The translations under genes were made by a program, and so were the position numbers. Shown piece by piece: positions 7,811-17,303 of a stretch of DNA of 25,552 bases; the first letter of the stretch is position 1; each line of letters opens with the position of its first letter. Origin of the DNA: Armatimonadota bacterium (GTDB lineage Bacteria; Armatimonadota; UBA5829; DTJY01); contig DASRZD010000382.1 of the NCBI GenBank assembly GCA_035686805.1, positions 1 to 25,552 on the forward strand. Reading direction: 5' to 3'. Below the pieces are notes generated by a model that was given only the letters and a program-made list of their open reading frames with translations, ran no database searches and was not told the origin of the DNA.

Positions 7811-9880
7811 ATGAATCCCGCTTCCCTTTCGCTCGCAGGCTACATCATATTGGCGCTGGCGATAATCGTCCTACCGTCAATCAGGATCATCGGCCCGACG
7901 GAAATCGGCCTGGTGATGAAGCGCTTCGGCTTCCGAAAACTTTCGGAAGACAATCCCATCGCATTCAATGGGGAGGCCGGCTTCCAGGCCGACTTGCTAA
8001 TGCCCGGCTTTAGGTTCAAGCTGTGGATCATCTACAAGGTGGGGAAGTTCCCGTGGGTAGAAGTACCCGCCGGGGAGATTGGGGTTGTCGTGGCCCAGGC
8101 TGGACGTCCGCTGCCGATAGGCGCCAAGTCGGCGGTATACAACGAGGCATTCGGCAACTTCAACGATCTGCGGAGTTTTGTCGAAAACGGCGGACAAAAA
8201 GGTGTTCAACGACCGGTTCTGCCGCCCGGATCACTGCTACCCATACATCCGGTTGGCTTCCTGGTGATCACCAAACGTCAGGTCTATGGCGTGCCTGTCA
8301 GCCCGGAGCTGCAAAACGTCCAGGGAGTGCTTGGCCCAGCTAATTTCGGCCTGGCGCCGGAAAGATTAGAATTGGTGCGCATCCAGCCTGTGACCGTCGG
8401 CCCTGAGAATGAGATTGTAGACATGGTGGGCATAGTCACCACGTATGAAGGCGAACCTTTGCCCGAAGGAGCCATTGCCAGCCGCCTGGGTGGCTTCACT
8501 GATGTTGCCGCCCGTGAAAAGGAGGACGTTCAAGACTCAACCCTCATCGAGGCTGTGTTGGGAAGTAAGAATGATCTCCACAACAACTATCAGGACTTGC
8601 AGGCGTTCCTGGACCACGGGGGGAGGATTGGCCTGCAGCACGATCCGTTGTTGTATGGCGCTTTCGCCCTCAATCCATTCCTTGTAAGCGTTGAGTTAGT
8701 GCCGATGCTCGTTGTCGAGCAGGGGCAAGTTGCCGTCATGAAGGCCTATGTGGGGTTGGCGACGGAAGACACCTCGGGTCCGGACTTCAAGTTCGGGAGT
8801 CTCGTACGGCCGGGCCATCGGGGGATTTGGCAAGAACCCCTGAGAACCGGCAAATACCCCATTAACCCTCGCTGTTACCAGGCAGAGATCGTGCCTACAC
8901 TCATCCTCACCCTGAACTGGGCGGAAGTGATCTCTTCGGCCCACAGGCTGGATGCCCGGCTCGCATCGATCGAGGCCAAGAGCAGGGAAGGCTTTATCTT
9001 TACGCTCGACTTGCAGGTTCAGATTCATGTTCCGGATACTAAAGCGCCCAAGGTCATCTCCAGCGTGGGGACGATGCAGAACCTGGTTGACGAAGTCCTC
9101 CAGGCAGTGGTGGGCAACTACTTCCGAAATAAACTCCAGAGTATGCCGGCGGTTGACTTCATCCAGTCCCGCGATAGAGTGCAGCAGGACGCTTGTGAGT
9201 TGATCAGCCAACAAATCGCCCAATATCAGGTCGAGACCAAGGGCGTCTTTATTCAGGATGTCGTCCTGCCACCTACCCTGGTGGAGGTTTTGACCCAGAG
9301 AGAGATCGCCAACCAGCAAATCGAAACCCTTCAGAAGCAGAGGGCATCGCAGCAGGAGAGAATCTCCATGGAGCAGGCCAAAGGTACGGCCGATATGCAG
9401 TCGGAGTTGGCGAAATCGGCCGTCAACGTTGACATCTTCACCAACAAGGCTAATGCCCGAAAAGCTGAGGCTGATGGTGAAGCAACTTTCATCCGGGAGA
9501 CCGGCAAGGCCAAAGGCGCCGAGGTTGAAGCGGTTGGACTGGCACGGGCCAAGGCGTATGAGGAGCAGGTAAAGGCCTTGGGTCAGACGCCGACCGCCTT
9601 GGTCAACTCCATCAATGCGCTGGCAGAGAAGGGAATCAAGATCGTGCCTGAAATCCTTGTCGCGGGTGGCGGGGGAGGCTCGGGGGCCATCGAGGGATTG
9701 GCGGCATCGTTGATGGGTTACTTGGGATCCCCCAGGCAGAAAGGCGCTATGTCTCAACCGGGAGGAGACGGCCCGAGGGGCAGACAGCGAGCAGCCGCGA
9801 GACAGGTGGTTAAGAAGGAATCGGAGGCCATGGAGCCGGTGCCGCTTCCTGAGCCGCCTCCTGAGGAAACTAAGTCGTGA
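7811..9880 (+). CDS. Flotillin-like SPFH/band-7 membrane protein with a long C-terminal EA-rich coiled coil and a Gly/Pro-rich tail
   Basis: ATG at 7811, preceded by GGAGGAG with a 6-nt spacer. The track start, GTG 7772, has no RBS. One N-terminal transmembrane helix (AGYIILALAIIVLPSI) is followed by SPFH-like segments and by flotillin-type repeats (AKGAEVEAVGLARAKAYEEQVKALGQ). Confidence 0.8.
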   Translation: MNPASLSLAGYIILALAIIVLPSIRIIGPTEIGLVMKRFGFRKLSEDNPIAFNGEAGFQADLLMPGFRFKLWIIYKVGKFPWVEVPAGEIGVVVAQAGRPLPIGAKSAVYNEAFGNFNDLRSFVENGGQKGVQRPVLPPGSLLPIHPVGFLVITKRQVYGVPVSPELQNVQGVLGPANFGLAPERLELVRIQPVTVGPENEIVDMVGIVTTYEGEPLPEGAIASRLGGFTDVAAREKEDVQDSTLIEAVLGSKNDLHNNYQDLQAFLDHGGRIGLQHDPLLYGAFALNPFLVSVELVPMLVVEQGQVAVMKAYVGLATEDTSGPDFKFGSLVRPGHRGIWQEPLRTGKYPINPRCYQAEIVPTLILTLNWAEVISSAHRLDARLASIEAKSREGFIFTLDLQVQIHVPDTKAPKVISSVGTMQNLVDEVLQAVVGNYFRNKLQSMPAVDFIQSRDRVQQDACELISQQIAQYQVETKGVFIQDVVLPPTLVEVLTQREIANQQIETLQKQRASQQERISMEQAKGTADMQSELAKSAVNVDIFTNKANARKAEADGEATFIRETGKAKGAEVEAVGLARAKAYEEQVKALGQTPTALVNSINALAEKGIKIVPEILVAGGGGGSGAIEGLAASLMGYLGSPRQKGAMSQPGGDGPRGRQRAAARQVVKKESEAMEPVPLPEPPPEETKS

Positions 9881-10249
9881 TCAGCGAAGGAACAGGCTGT
9901 AGGTCAGAACGGCGAGAACGAAGGCTGTGAACGCGGTGTACTTCCAGTTATGCTCCGCAAAGGCGAAATAGAGCACCGACGCCAGCACCCTGACGAAGGG
10001 AGTGAGCATAAGGGCGGCTATGCCGAGGTTTATCAGAAGTACATAAGTGAAGGCTGTGGTCAGTTGGCGAAGGTTGCTGATCAGGAACGTGGAGAGCGTC
10101 ATGCCGGAAACCGTATAATGCGCGCCTAATGTGCCGGTCTCCACCCAACCCCATGCCAGGCCCGCGGTTATGAGCGCTATGCTCAACAGCACGCCGATCA
10201 CGAGTATGTAGCCGACTAACTTTTCCATATCGAATGAATGCGTCCGCAT
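9881..10249 (-). CDS. Small 4-TM membrane protein, DUF1634-like partner of TauE/SafE
   Basis: A 122-aa hydrophobic protein. Its ATG (10247-10249) overlaps the TGA of the upstream TauE gene by 1 nt (TGATG coupling). An alternative start at M8 cannot be excluded. Family assignment is by recollection of the frequent DUF1634-DUF81 pairing, not by search. Confidence 0.65.
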   Translation of the reverse strand: MRTHSFDMEKLVGYILVIGVLLSIALITAGLAWGWVETGTLGAHYTVSGMTLSTFLISNLRQLTTAFTYVLLINLGIAALMLTPFVRVLASVLYFAFAEHNWKYTAFTAFVLAVLTYSLFLR

Positions 10250-11079
10250 CAGCCGACTCCCATGATGCCGCGAACGATCATTTGCACGCCAAGTATGAAG
10301 AGCACCACCATGAAGAAGTAACGGACGGCCTGATTGGTCAGGCGAACGAGAACCCGCGTGCCCATGAGCGCTCCACCCAGAACCCCCAGGATGACGGGCG
10401 CTGCCATGCCGGGATTAATGAGACCTGCGGACAGGTAGACGCTCGTTCCGGCGAGGGCCGTGACGCCGATGATCAGGTTGCTCGTGGTAGTGGATACCTT
10501 CGGCGGCAGCTTCATCACCAGGTCGTGGATGAGGACTTTGAGCGCGCCCGCTCCTATTCCCAGCAGGCCGGCGATCAATCCGGCCATGAACATGAGGGGG
10601 CCGCCGAAGTAGGCGCGCACTCCCCGGTAGTTAATGGTCTCACGAATAGCCTCGTCATAGTAGCTGCCCTCAAGTTCGAGCCATCGGGAGACGGCGTCCT
10701 GACGAGCAGCAGGCCGCCATTCATGCCGGCGTTCGAAGAAGAGGGTCAACCATGATGCCAGGAGCACAATCCCAAAGAGAATGAACAGTATTCGGTGACC
10801 GGACACGAGAGTGATGGATGCGCCGACCAGCGCTCCGATGATCGTGAACATCTCGAGGAACATGCCGACCTTCAGATTGGTGATGTGCTCGCGGACATAA
10901 GCGGACGCCGAGCCGCTGGACGTGGCGATGACCGAGACGATGCTGACGGCGATGGCGTGTTTGATGTCAACGCCGAGGAGCGTGAGCGCCGGGATGAGGA
11001 TGACTCCACCGCCCATGCCGCTCATTGCGCCGATGAAGCCGGCTACGACTGAGATCAGGAATAGCAGCCAGAAAGACAT
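10249..11079 (-). CDS. TauE/SafE (DUF81) family anion/sulfite exporter-type permease
   Basis: Start re-set to ATG 11077-11079 (MSFWLLFLISVVAGFIGAMSGMGGGVILIPAL), which carries the typical GxGGG motif. The 60 extra N-terminal codons in the track ORF are low-complexity S/P-rich and overlap tadC. The protein has two homologous 4-TM halves. Confidence 0.8.
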   Translation of the reverse strand: MSFWLLFLISVVAGFIGAMSGMGGGVILIPALTLLGVDIKHAIAVSIVSVIATSSGSASAYVREHITNLKVGMFLEMFTIIGALVGASITLVSGHRILFILFGIVLLASWLTLFFERRHEWRPAARQDAVSRWLELEGSYYDEAIRETINYRGVRAYFGGPLMFMAGLIAGLLGIGAGALKVLIHDLVMKLPPKVSTTTSNLIIGVTALAGTSVYLSAGLINPGMAAPVILGVLGGALMGTRVLVRLTNQAVRYFFMVVLFILGVQMIVRGIMGVG

Positions 11080-11194
11080 ACTAGTAGCCGCCTGACCTGC
11101 GCCCGACCTCGAACAGCTTGCCGAAACTGACGAGGGCGAGGAAACGACAGAGTTGCCGCGAGCAGACAAATTCCGGCGGAAACCCTGAGGGCAG

Positions 11195-12121
11195 TTACTT
11201 GGAGATGATGTTGAGGGCTCGGTAGATCCGCACTGCTCCCGGCGAAAGCACCACGACAAACAGCGATGGGAAGATGCATAAGACCAGCGGCACCAGCATC
11301 TTCACAGGCAGTTTGGAGGCGGCTTCCCGGGCACGTAAGCCCCTTTGCGTACGCAGCGTTTCCGACTGCACGTGAAGAACTCGTGAAATACCGCCCCCAA
11401 GCTGATCAGCCTGAATTACGGCGGCAACAAAGGCGCTAAGTTCGCTTACCCCTGTCCGGTCTGCCATATTCCTTAGCGCTTCGGCTCGCCTCTTGCCAAG
11501 CTGCATTTCCTGGAGAGCGAATGTCATCTCTTCGGAAAGAGGGTTATGGAGCTTCTCGACCACTTTCTGAATAGCTCCATCCAGGCTAAGTCCGGCTTCC
11601 ACGCTGACCAGAAGCAGATCGAGGGTATCAGGTAGTGCCTTTCGAATGGCGGACTGCCTGCCTGCTATAAGGTTGCTGAGGGCTGCTTCCGGGAGAAGCA
11701 GACCTATGGCGACAAGGAGAACGAACAGTACAACTCTTAGAAGGAACCCCATATCGACCGCCTTTGTGACGCCGATTGCGAGGAGCAAGAACAGGCCGAC
11801 GAATAGGACTTTCAGGCCGATAAACTCCTTCCCTCCCAGCCTCCAAGGCCTGCCTGCTGCATCAAGTCTGGCTTCTGCTGCCTGGATGGCCCCGGATGGG
11901 GTAGAACGAAGAGCAATGTCGGCAAGCTTCCCAAGAAGTGGGAGTACCACTCTCTCACGGAATGGGAGCGCCAGGTCGGCTTCGCTGGAGGTATTGGGGG
12001 CGATGGACTCGGAGTGCTGTGACATTCGCTCCTGAATAATGGCACGCTGGGACTTCATGGCTATGCCAATTATGAACAGTAGAACAGTGCCCGCTGCACA
12101 TATAGAAATTGCTAGTAACAC
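11195..12121 (-). CDS. tadC: Flp pilus assembly inner-membrane platform protein TadC (T2SS-F domain)
   Basis: 308 aa with N- and C-terminal TM segments and a T2SSF-type cytoplasmic helical domain. It sits immediately downstream of tadB in the Tad operon. Confidence 0.85.
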   Translation of the reverse strand: MLLAISICAAGTVLLFIIGIAMKSQRAIIQERMSQHSESIAPNTSSEADLALPFRERVVLPLLGKLADIALRSTPSGAIQAAEARLDAAGRPWRLGGKEFIGLKVLFVGLFLLLAIGVTKAVDMGFLLRVVLFVLLVAIGLLLPEAALSNLIAGRQSAIRKALPDTLDLLLVSVEAGLSLDGAIQKVVEKLHNPLSEEMTFALQEMQLGKRRAEALRNMADRTGVSELSAFVAAVIQADQLGGGISRVLHVQSETLRTQRGLRAREAASKLPVKMLVPLVLCIFPSLFVVVLSPGAVRIYRALNIISK

Positions 12122-12136
12122 CGCAGTTCGCCCTCC

Positions 12137-13093
12137 TTATGCGTCCAGTACAAGCATCCTTTTGATTGCCAGACCGCCGATGATCTGCAAGATAACCGCC
12201 CCGGCGATGAAGTAGTGACCCAGCGGCTCCTCAAACAGAAACGACATATATGATCTGTTCACAATCGTCAGTACAACGCCCAGAAAGACCGGAATCGCTA
12301 CCAACACCCATCCGGAAAGCCTGCCCTCTGCGGTCAATACTCTCATTTCGCCGTAAATGCGAAGTCTCTCCCTTATGGTGCCAGCAATGATCTCAAGCAT
12401 CTCGGCCAGGTTTCCACCGACCTGAAGCTGGATCAATATGGCGGTCACTACCAGATCCAGGTCATAGCTATTCATCCGGGCCACCATGTTCCGGAGCGCC
12501 TCCTCCATTCCTCGACCAACTCCGACTTCATTGATGACGCGCTCGAACTCCTGCGAAATCGGCTCAGGCATCTCCTGTGCGACCACCTGCATGCCGCGAA
12601 GGAAACTGAAACCGGATCGCAGCGAAGAAGCTATCATCATGAGGGCATCCACAAGCTGGAGTTCAAAAGCCGCCCGGCGCTTGTTCTGCAGCATCTTCAG
12701 AACGACTATAGGTATCCCAATCGCGATGACAGCCGCTGTGGCGTTCAAGATAATCTGCTTGCCGATGGCGAGGGCTATGATCTGGAAGAACACAACCGAG
12801 AAAGCCACGATACCGACGAACTCGCCTGGACGAAGACGAAGTCCGGCAGCCGCAATTGCAGTAGCAAGCCGATCGTTGATCTCGCGGCCGCTAAGCAACT
12901 TGGTGATCGTCGGCATGTGATCCTGCGAGCCTTCCGTTTCATCAGGGGTCGGATGGTGTGCAGGGGTGACAAGCTGCTGCAACCGGGCGCTCGTATTCCG
13001 GTTGCCGGCACCTGCCATTGAGGTGACAATGGCCACAAGAGCAAGGACGCCTACGAATGAGATTGCCGCCCACATGATTGCCATCAAGTTCAC
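12137..13093 (-). CDS. tadB: Flp pilus assembly inner-membrane platform protein TadB (T2SS-F domain)
   Basis: 318 aa with T2SSF-domain architecture. Its ATG overlaps the cpaF stop by 4 nt (13090-13093). Confidence 0.85.
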   Translation of the reverse strand: MNLMAIMWAAISFVGVLALVAIVTSMAGAGNRNTSARLQQLVTPAHHPTPDETEGSQDHMPTITKLLSGREINDRLATAIAAAGLRLRPGEFVGIVAFSVVFFQIIALAIGKQIILNATAAVIAIGIPIVVLKMLQNKRRAAFELQLVDALMMIASSLRSGFSFLRGMQVVAQEMPEPISQEFERVINEVGVGRGMEEALRNMVARMNSYDLDLVVTAILIQLQVGGNLAEMLEIIAGTIRERLRIYGEMRVLTAEGRLSGWVLVAIPVFLGVVLTIVNRSYMSFLFEEPLGHYFIAGAVILQIIGGLAIKRMLVLDA

Positions 13094-14409
13094 CTCGTTT
13101 CAGAAATCGGAGCAGGAAACTCTATGCCTTGTTGAGCCAGGCGGTCCACAAGCTTAGGCCTGAGAGACGTGGCCCTGTGCTTGCCGATAACCTTGCCTTT
13201 CTGGTCCACCCCTCGTTGATCGTAGAGGAATAGATCCTGCAACACGATGACCTCACCTTCCATCCCCTGGACTTCGGTGATATGAGTGACCTTGCGGCTT
13301 CCATCTCGAAGTCTCGCCTGATGGATTATGACGTGAATTGCCGCAGCTATCTGCTCACGAATCGCTCTGGATGGGAGGTCAGTGCCAGCCATCAGGGTCA
13401 TCGTTTCCAGTCTGGATAGAGTGTCTCTTGGGCTGTTGGTATGGGCGGTGCTCAGCGAACCATCATGGCCGGTATTCATGGCCTGCAGCATATCGAGAGC
13501 TTCGCCGCCCCTCACCTCGCCAACGATGATTCTGTCAGGACGCATCCTGAGGGCATTTCTAACCAACATTCGGATAGTTATCTCGCCCTTGCCTTCCAGG
13601 TTAGGAGGCTTGCTTTCCAGACTCACGACATGGTCTTGCATGAGCCGCAGCTCGGCTGCATCTTCGATGGTGACTACTCGTTCGTCATTTGGTACAAAAG
13701 AGGTAAGCACGTTTAGCGTTGTGGTCTTCCCACTGCCAGTTCCGCCGGATACCATCATGTTCAGCCTGGCCCGCACACAGGCACTGAGAAACTCGGCCAT
13801 CTCGGGCGTGAGAGTGCCGAAGTTTATGAGATCGTCAACCGTAAGAGGCTCACGGGAGAACTTGCGGACGGTAAGCACAGGGCCTTTTACTGCGAGGGGA
13901 GGGACAATTGCGTTCACACGAGAACCGTCGGGCAGTCTCGCGTCAACCATTGGTGAACTCTCATCCACTCGCCGCCCCAGCGGCATGATGATCTTTTCGA
14001 TAATCCGCATGATATGGGAATCATCGCGGAAGGTCTTATCAGTGAGGAATATCTTGCCGCCTCGTTCCGCGTAGACCTGGTCAGGGCGGTTGACCATGAT
14101 CTCGGTAATAGTCGGATCATCAAGCAGTGGCTGGATAGGCCCATATCCGAGGATCTCGTCCAGCACGTCACTCGTGATCTGCTCCCTATACCTGACCGGT
14201 AGGGCTATCCCCTCCTCCGCGAGAATGACGGAGGCAACCCCCTGAATCTCACGGCTCATCTGCTGACGACTCAACTGGCCGAGATTCGCGGGATCAATGT
14301 CATCCATCAGCTTCTGATGAATGCGATCTTTCAGAAACATCATCTCACGAAGATTGTCAAACACATGAGGCTCTTCAGGTCCAGACTTTACTCTGTCGAA
14401 CGCTTTCAA
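13090..14409 (-). CDS. cpaF: Tad secretion ATPase CpaF/TadA (type II/IV secretion NTPase)
   Basis: Walker A motif SGGTGSGKTTTLNVL, a Walker B/Asp box (VVTIEDAAEL) and a His box are present. 439 aa. 4-nt overlap with cpaE. Confidence 0.95.
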   Translation of the reverse strand: MKAFDRVKSGPEEPHVFDNLREMMFLKDRIHQKLMDDIDPANLGQLSRQQMSREIQGVASVILAEEGIALPVRYREQITSDVLDEILGYGPIQPLLDDPTITEIMVNRPDQVYAERGGKIFLTDKTFRDDSHIMRIIEKIIMPLGRRVDESSPMVDARLPDGSRVNAIVPPLAVKGPVLTVRKFSREPLTVDDLINFGTLTPEMAEFLSACVRARLNMMVSGGTGSGKTTTLNVLTSFVPNDERVVTIEDAAELRLMQDHVVSLESKPPNLEGKGEITIRMLVRNALRMRPDRIIVGEVRGGEALDMLQAMNTGHDGSLSTAHTNSPRDTLSRLETMTLMAGTDLPSRAIREQIAAAIHVIIHQARLRDGSRKVTHITEVQGMEGEVIVLQDLFLYDQRGVDQKGKVIGKHRATSLRPKLVDRLAQQGIEFPAPISETR

Positions 14410-15611
14410 ACCGCACCTCTTTCATCCGATTGCATGGAAGTAGATATGTCCTGCCCCTGCTGTTTGGGGAGATCGCCGACCAAACTTGCCAAGTGCCTGA
14501 TGCTGCGTTTGAGCGGCGTATCTCCAGGAGTCAGCATGATGGGAATGCCCTGGTTCACCGCATTCACGAGCCGCGAGTCGTTTGGTATTGTAGTCTTGAC
14601 GCTTCCGTTGAACATTTTCAGGATATCCGCCGATTTCAGCTTATTCGCTTTTGACACTCGGTTCAACACAATCCAGATGTACTTGGCCGGTATGTGGTCA
14701 TTAAGCAAGGCGTCATACAGCTTCTTAGTATCCGTGGCGGTAGTCAAGTCATACAGGTTTGCCACTAGAAAGATTACCGAAGAACTCGACATCGCATGGA
14801 GAGTTACCTCGTGAAGTATTGGCGGCACGTCCATCACGATATAGCGGTAGTTCTCCTTCAAGATATGGAGTACGGGATCCAAACAATCAACCCCAACCGT
14901 GCCGAAGGGCAGAGGCTCTGTTGACGAAACGAGAATATCTACCCCGGACGAGTGCTTGGTAAGGTAGTTGGCTACTATGTCGGCATCAAGGTCCTTCACC
15001 AATGGAGCCATATCCGCCATGGTGCCTTTGGGAACCACGTTGAACATGGTAGGTATGTCCCCAAACTGCGGGTGAAGGTCAATGAGGGCCACCTTATGCG
15101 GCAGATCAGCTGCCAACGCCACCGCCAGATTCGCGGCCAACGTGCTCTTACCTACTCCACCCTTAGCACCGGTTACGGTGATCACTTTGGGATGCCTGCT
15201 GGGATCACCCCAATCCTCAATCTCTGAAGAATTCATCCTATCCTTGATCGCCGTGAGTTCGCCGATCAATGTATTCAACTGACGAACGTTCACCGGTCGA
15301 GTCAGGAAGCCTCTAGCGCCGGCACGCAACGCGTTTTCGAACTGCTCATGAGACTTGGAGTCCGCCACTAGCACAGGCATGATCTCCGGTGCAAGTCTGC
15401 TTAGGATCTGGCAAGCCTCAGGCCCTTTCATGCCAGGCAGATCGTACGACAACAAGGCTATGTCGGGCGTAAGCTGTAAGGCCATCTGGACGGCCTCTCG
15501 GCCATCCCTGGCGAACCCGAGAATCTCGCAATCGCCGGCCAACTTGACTGTTTCCCGAATTGCGTTCCGCTGCTCGATGTCTCCTTCAGCAATAAGTATC
15601 CGTACTGCCAT
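14406..15611 (-). CDS. cpaE: CpaE/TadZ: N-terminal receiver-like domain fused to a MinD/ParA-type ATPase
   Basis: The N-terminus MAVRILIAEGDIEQRNAIRE...DIALLSYDLPGM has a REC fold. The deviant Walker A TGAKGGVGKST of the ParA/MinD family follows. Confidence 0.9.
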   Translation of the reverse strand: MAVRILIAEGDIEQRNAIRETVKLAGDCEILGFARDGREAVQMALQLTPDIALLSYDLPGMKGPEACQILSRLAPEIMPVLVADSKSHEQFENALRAGARGFLTRPVNVRQLNTLIGELTAIKDRMNSSEIEDWGDPSRHPKVITVTGAKGGVGKSTLAANLAVALAADLPHKVALIDLHPQFGDIPTMFNVVPKGTMADMAPLVKDLDADIVANYLTKHSSGVDILVSSTEPLPFGTVGVDCLDPVLHILKENYRYIVMDVPPILHEVTLHAMSSSSVIFLVANLYDLTTATDTKKLYDALLNDHIPAKYIWIVLNRVSKANKLKSADILKMFNGSVKTTIPNDSRLVNAVNQGIPIMLTPGDTPLKRSIRHLASLVGDLPKQQGQDISTSMQSDERGAV

Positions 15612-15648
15612 TCACACTGCCTCTCGCCCTGAGTACTGCCTCACCATC

Positions 15649-17217
15649 CTATGTAGGATTGGCGGTGGGATTGACTATCTGCGGTGTCACGATGATCACC
15701 AACTCTGTTTCGTTATTGGTAAAGCTCCGAGTCTTAAACAACTCGCCGATGATCGGGATGTCGCCAAGGATGGGGATCTGCCTCACCAGCTTCGATTGTT
15801 CGTTCTGCAGGAGTCCGCCGATGATCAATGACTGACCATCTCTGATGTTCACCGTCGTTTCGGCTCTCCTGGTTCGGAACGCTGGAATCGCAAATCCGCT
15901 GAAAACCACGCCATTTGCAAAGTCCAGAGAGCTGACCTCCGGCATTACGGTTAACTGCAGGGTGTTTTCGCTAGTTATGACCGGGAGCATCTTCAATCGA
16001 ACGCCGAATTCCTTGAAGACGATGCTGACACTTGCCGCTGCGCCGATCTGTGCGGACTGCACGACAGGAATCGGGAGCTCGCCGCCGACCAGTATGCTGG
16101 CTTCGCGCCCGTCCAGAACCGTAAGATTCGGTTCGGAGAGGACTTTAGCCTTGTTCTGCTCTTGCAGGGCTCGGATTCTGGCGCCTATGGGATCGAACCG
16201 CTCTATCTTGCCTCCGCCGAAGAGATCCATGGGACCGAACTGCGACTGGCCTATCAGGAACGGCTGATCCTGGACGCTGGCTGTAGCTGTTACGCCTGGA
16301 ACATCGCTTTTCTCGAATACGACTCGGCCCCAGTCTACTCCGAAATCCTTGAGCGCCGTCCTGTTTATGTCAACGACCTGCGCTCGCACGACGATCTGCC
16401 GAGCAACAGAGCTGTCAACCGCGACCGCATTGATTATCTGCACGGCCCCAGCGACATCGCCGCCGGGCACAGCAGCGCCGGCAGGCCCTTGCCAACCCTG
16501 AATCATGGTTGCTATCCTATCGAGCTGGGCCTGAGTGCCTACCTTGCCCTCGACTATGATCATCCCGCCCGGCAGTGCGCGGACTGCGAGGTTGGGATTG
16601 TTGAGCGCCTGCTTGAGGACATTGGCGGACTCCATGACTTCGGGAGTGACTTCGTCGGCAGGGACCTCGACCCTGACAAGGTTGACGACCTTCACCTTGT
16701 CGGCACTTGTATTAGCTACCGTGTAAACACCACCTGCCGACGACGGCAGTGTGCTGGAGCTCAACACGGCCTTCGCTATGGCTTCCGCGCGACTGGAGTC
16801 AGCGGCCTTTGCAACAGACCCCTCAAGGACAAGGCTGTCGCCGACAACCTTGACGGTTATTCGGGGATCATTCAACTGGTCCTGAATCATGGCACATAGC
16901 GCTTCTATCTCGGGTATGGGACTCTGCACGGTGATATTGAAGACTCGCCGGCCGCTGGAATCCCAGACGTACAGCACTGTCTTGCCGGGCGACTTTGCAT
17001 TGACCAGGACCTCGCTGGAGGATAGAGGCGCGACATCGGCGACTATTGGATCGCCGACCGCCACCCTTGTAAGGTCTTTGCATTCGATAATCTCGGTATC
17101 GCCCACCACAAAGTGCTTATCCGTTGGCAAGGTGATCGCTTGAGAGACCCCCGGCCAAAGGGCGACTGTGATAATCAAAATCAGTCCGATTTTCATGAAC
17201 CTGCTCGCGGTTTTCAT
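15649..17217 (-). CDS. cpaC: CpaC/RcpA secretin of the Tad pilus (N-terminal BON-like domain plus secretin domain)
   Basis: A signal peptide is followed by a C-terminal secretin signature region (VNIRDGQSLIIGGLLQNEQSKLVRQIPILGDIPIIGELFK). 522 aa. Confidence 0.9.
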   Translation of the reverse strand: MKTASRFMKIGLILIITVALWPGVSQAITLPTDKHFVVGDTEIIECKDLTRVAVGDPIVADVAPLSSSEVLVNAKSPGKTVLYVWDSSGRRVFNITVQSPIPEIEALCAMIQDQLNDPRITVKVVGDSLVLEGSVAKAADSSRAEAIAKAVLSSSTLPSSAGGVYTVANTSADKVKVVNLVRVEVPADEVTPEVMESANVLKQALNNPNLAVRALPGGMIIVEGKVGTQAQLDRIATMIQGWQGPAGAAVPGGDVAGAVQIINAVAVDSSVARQIVVRAQVVDINRTALKDFGVDWGRVVFEKSDVPGVTATASVQDQPFLIGQSQFGPMDLFGGGKIERFDPIGARIRALQEQNKAKVLSEPNLTVLDGREASILVGGELPIPVVQSAQIGAAASVSIVFKEFGVRLKMLPVITSENTLQLTVMPEVSSLDFANGVVFSGFAIPAFRTRRAETTVNIRDGQSLIIGGLLQNEQSKLVRQIPILGDIPIIGELFKTRSFTNNETELVIIVTPQIVNPTANPT

Positions 17218-17303
17218 TGATTAAGGATCCGTTGGAAAACTTGACCGGACCCCAGCCCTCCTTTCGAAACGAATTCGAGTATGCCTACCTTGGCGAAGGC
17301 GGA

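Noticed and set aside
8696-9757. 353-aa minus-strand ORF inside the flotillin gene
   Set aside because: It is antisense to a well-supported SPFH/flotillin CDS. Its product has a composition typical of frame-shifted GC-rich sequence.
16162-16899. 245-aa plus-strand ORF inside cpaC, and similar antisense ORFs 17539-18117 inside cpaB and 13382-14074 inside cpaF
   Set aside because: They are antisense to conserved Tad genes and have no RBS. They are artefacts of the long stop-free reverse frames of high-GC coding sequence.
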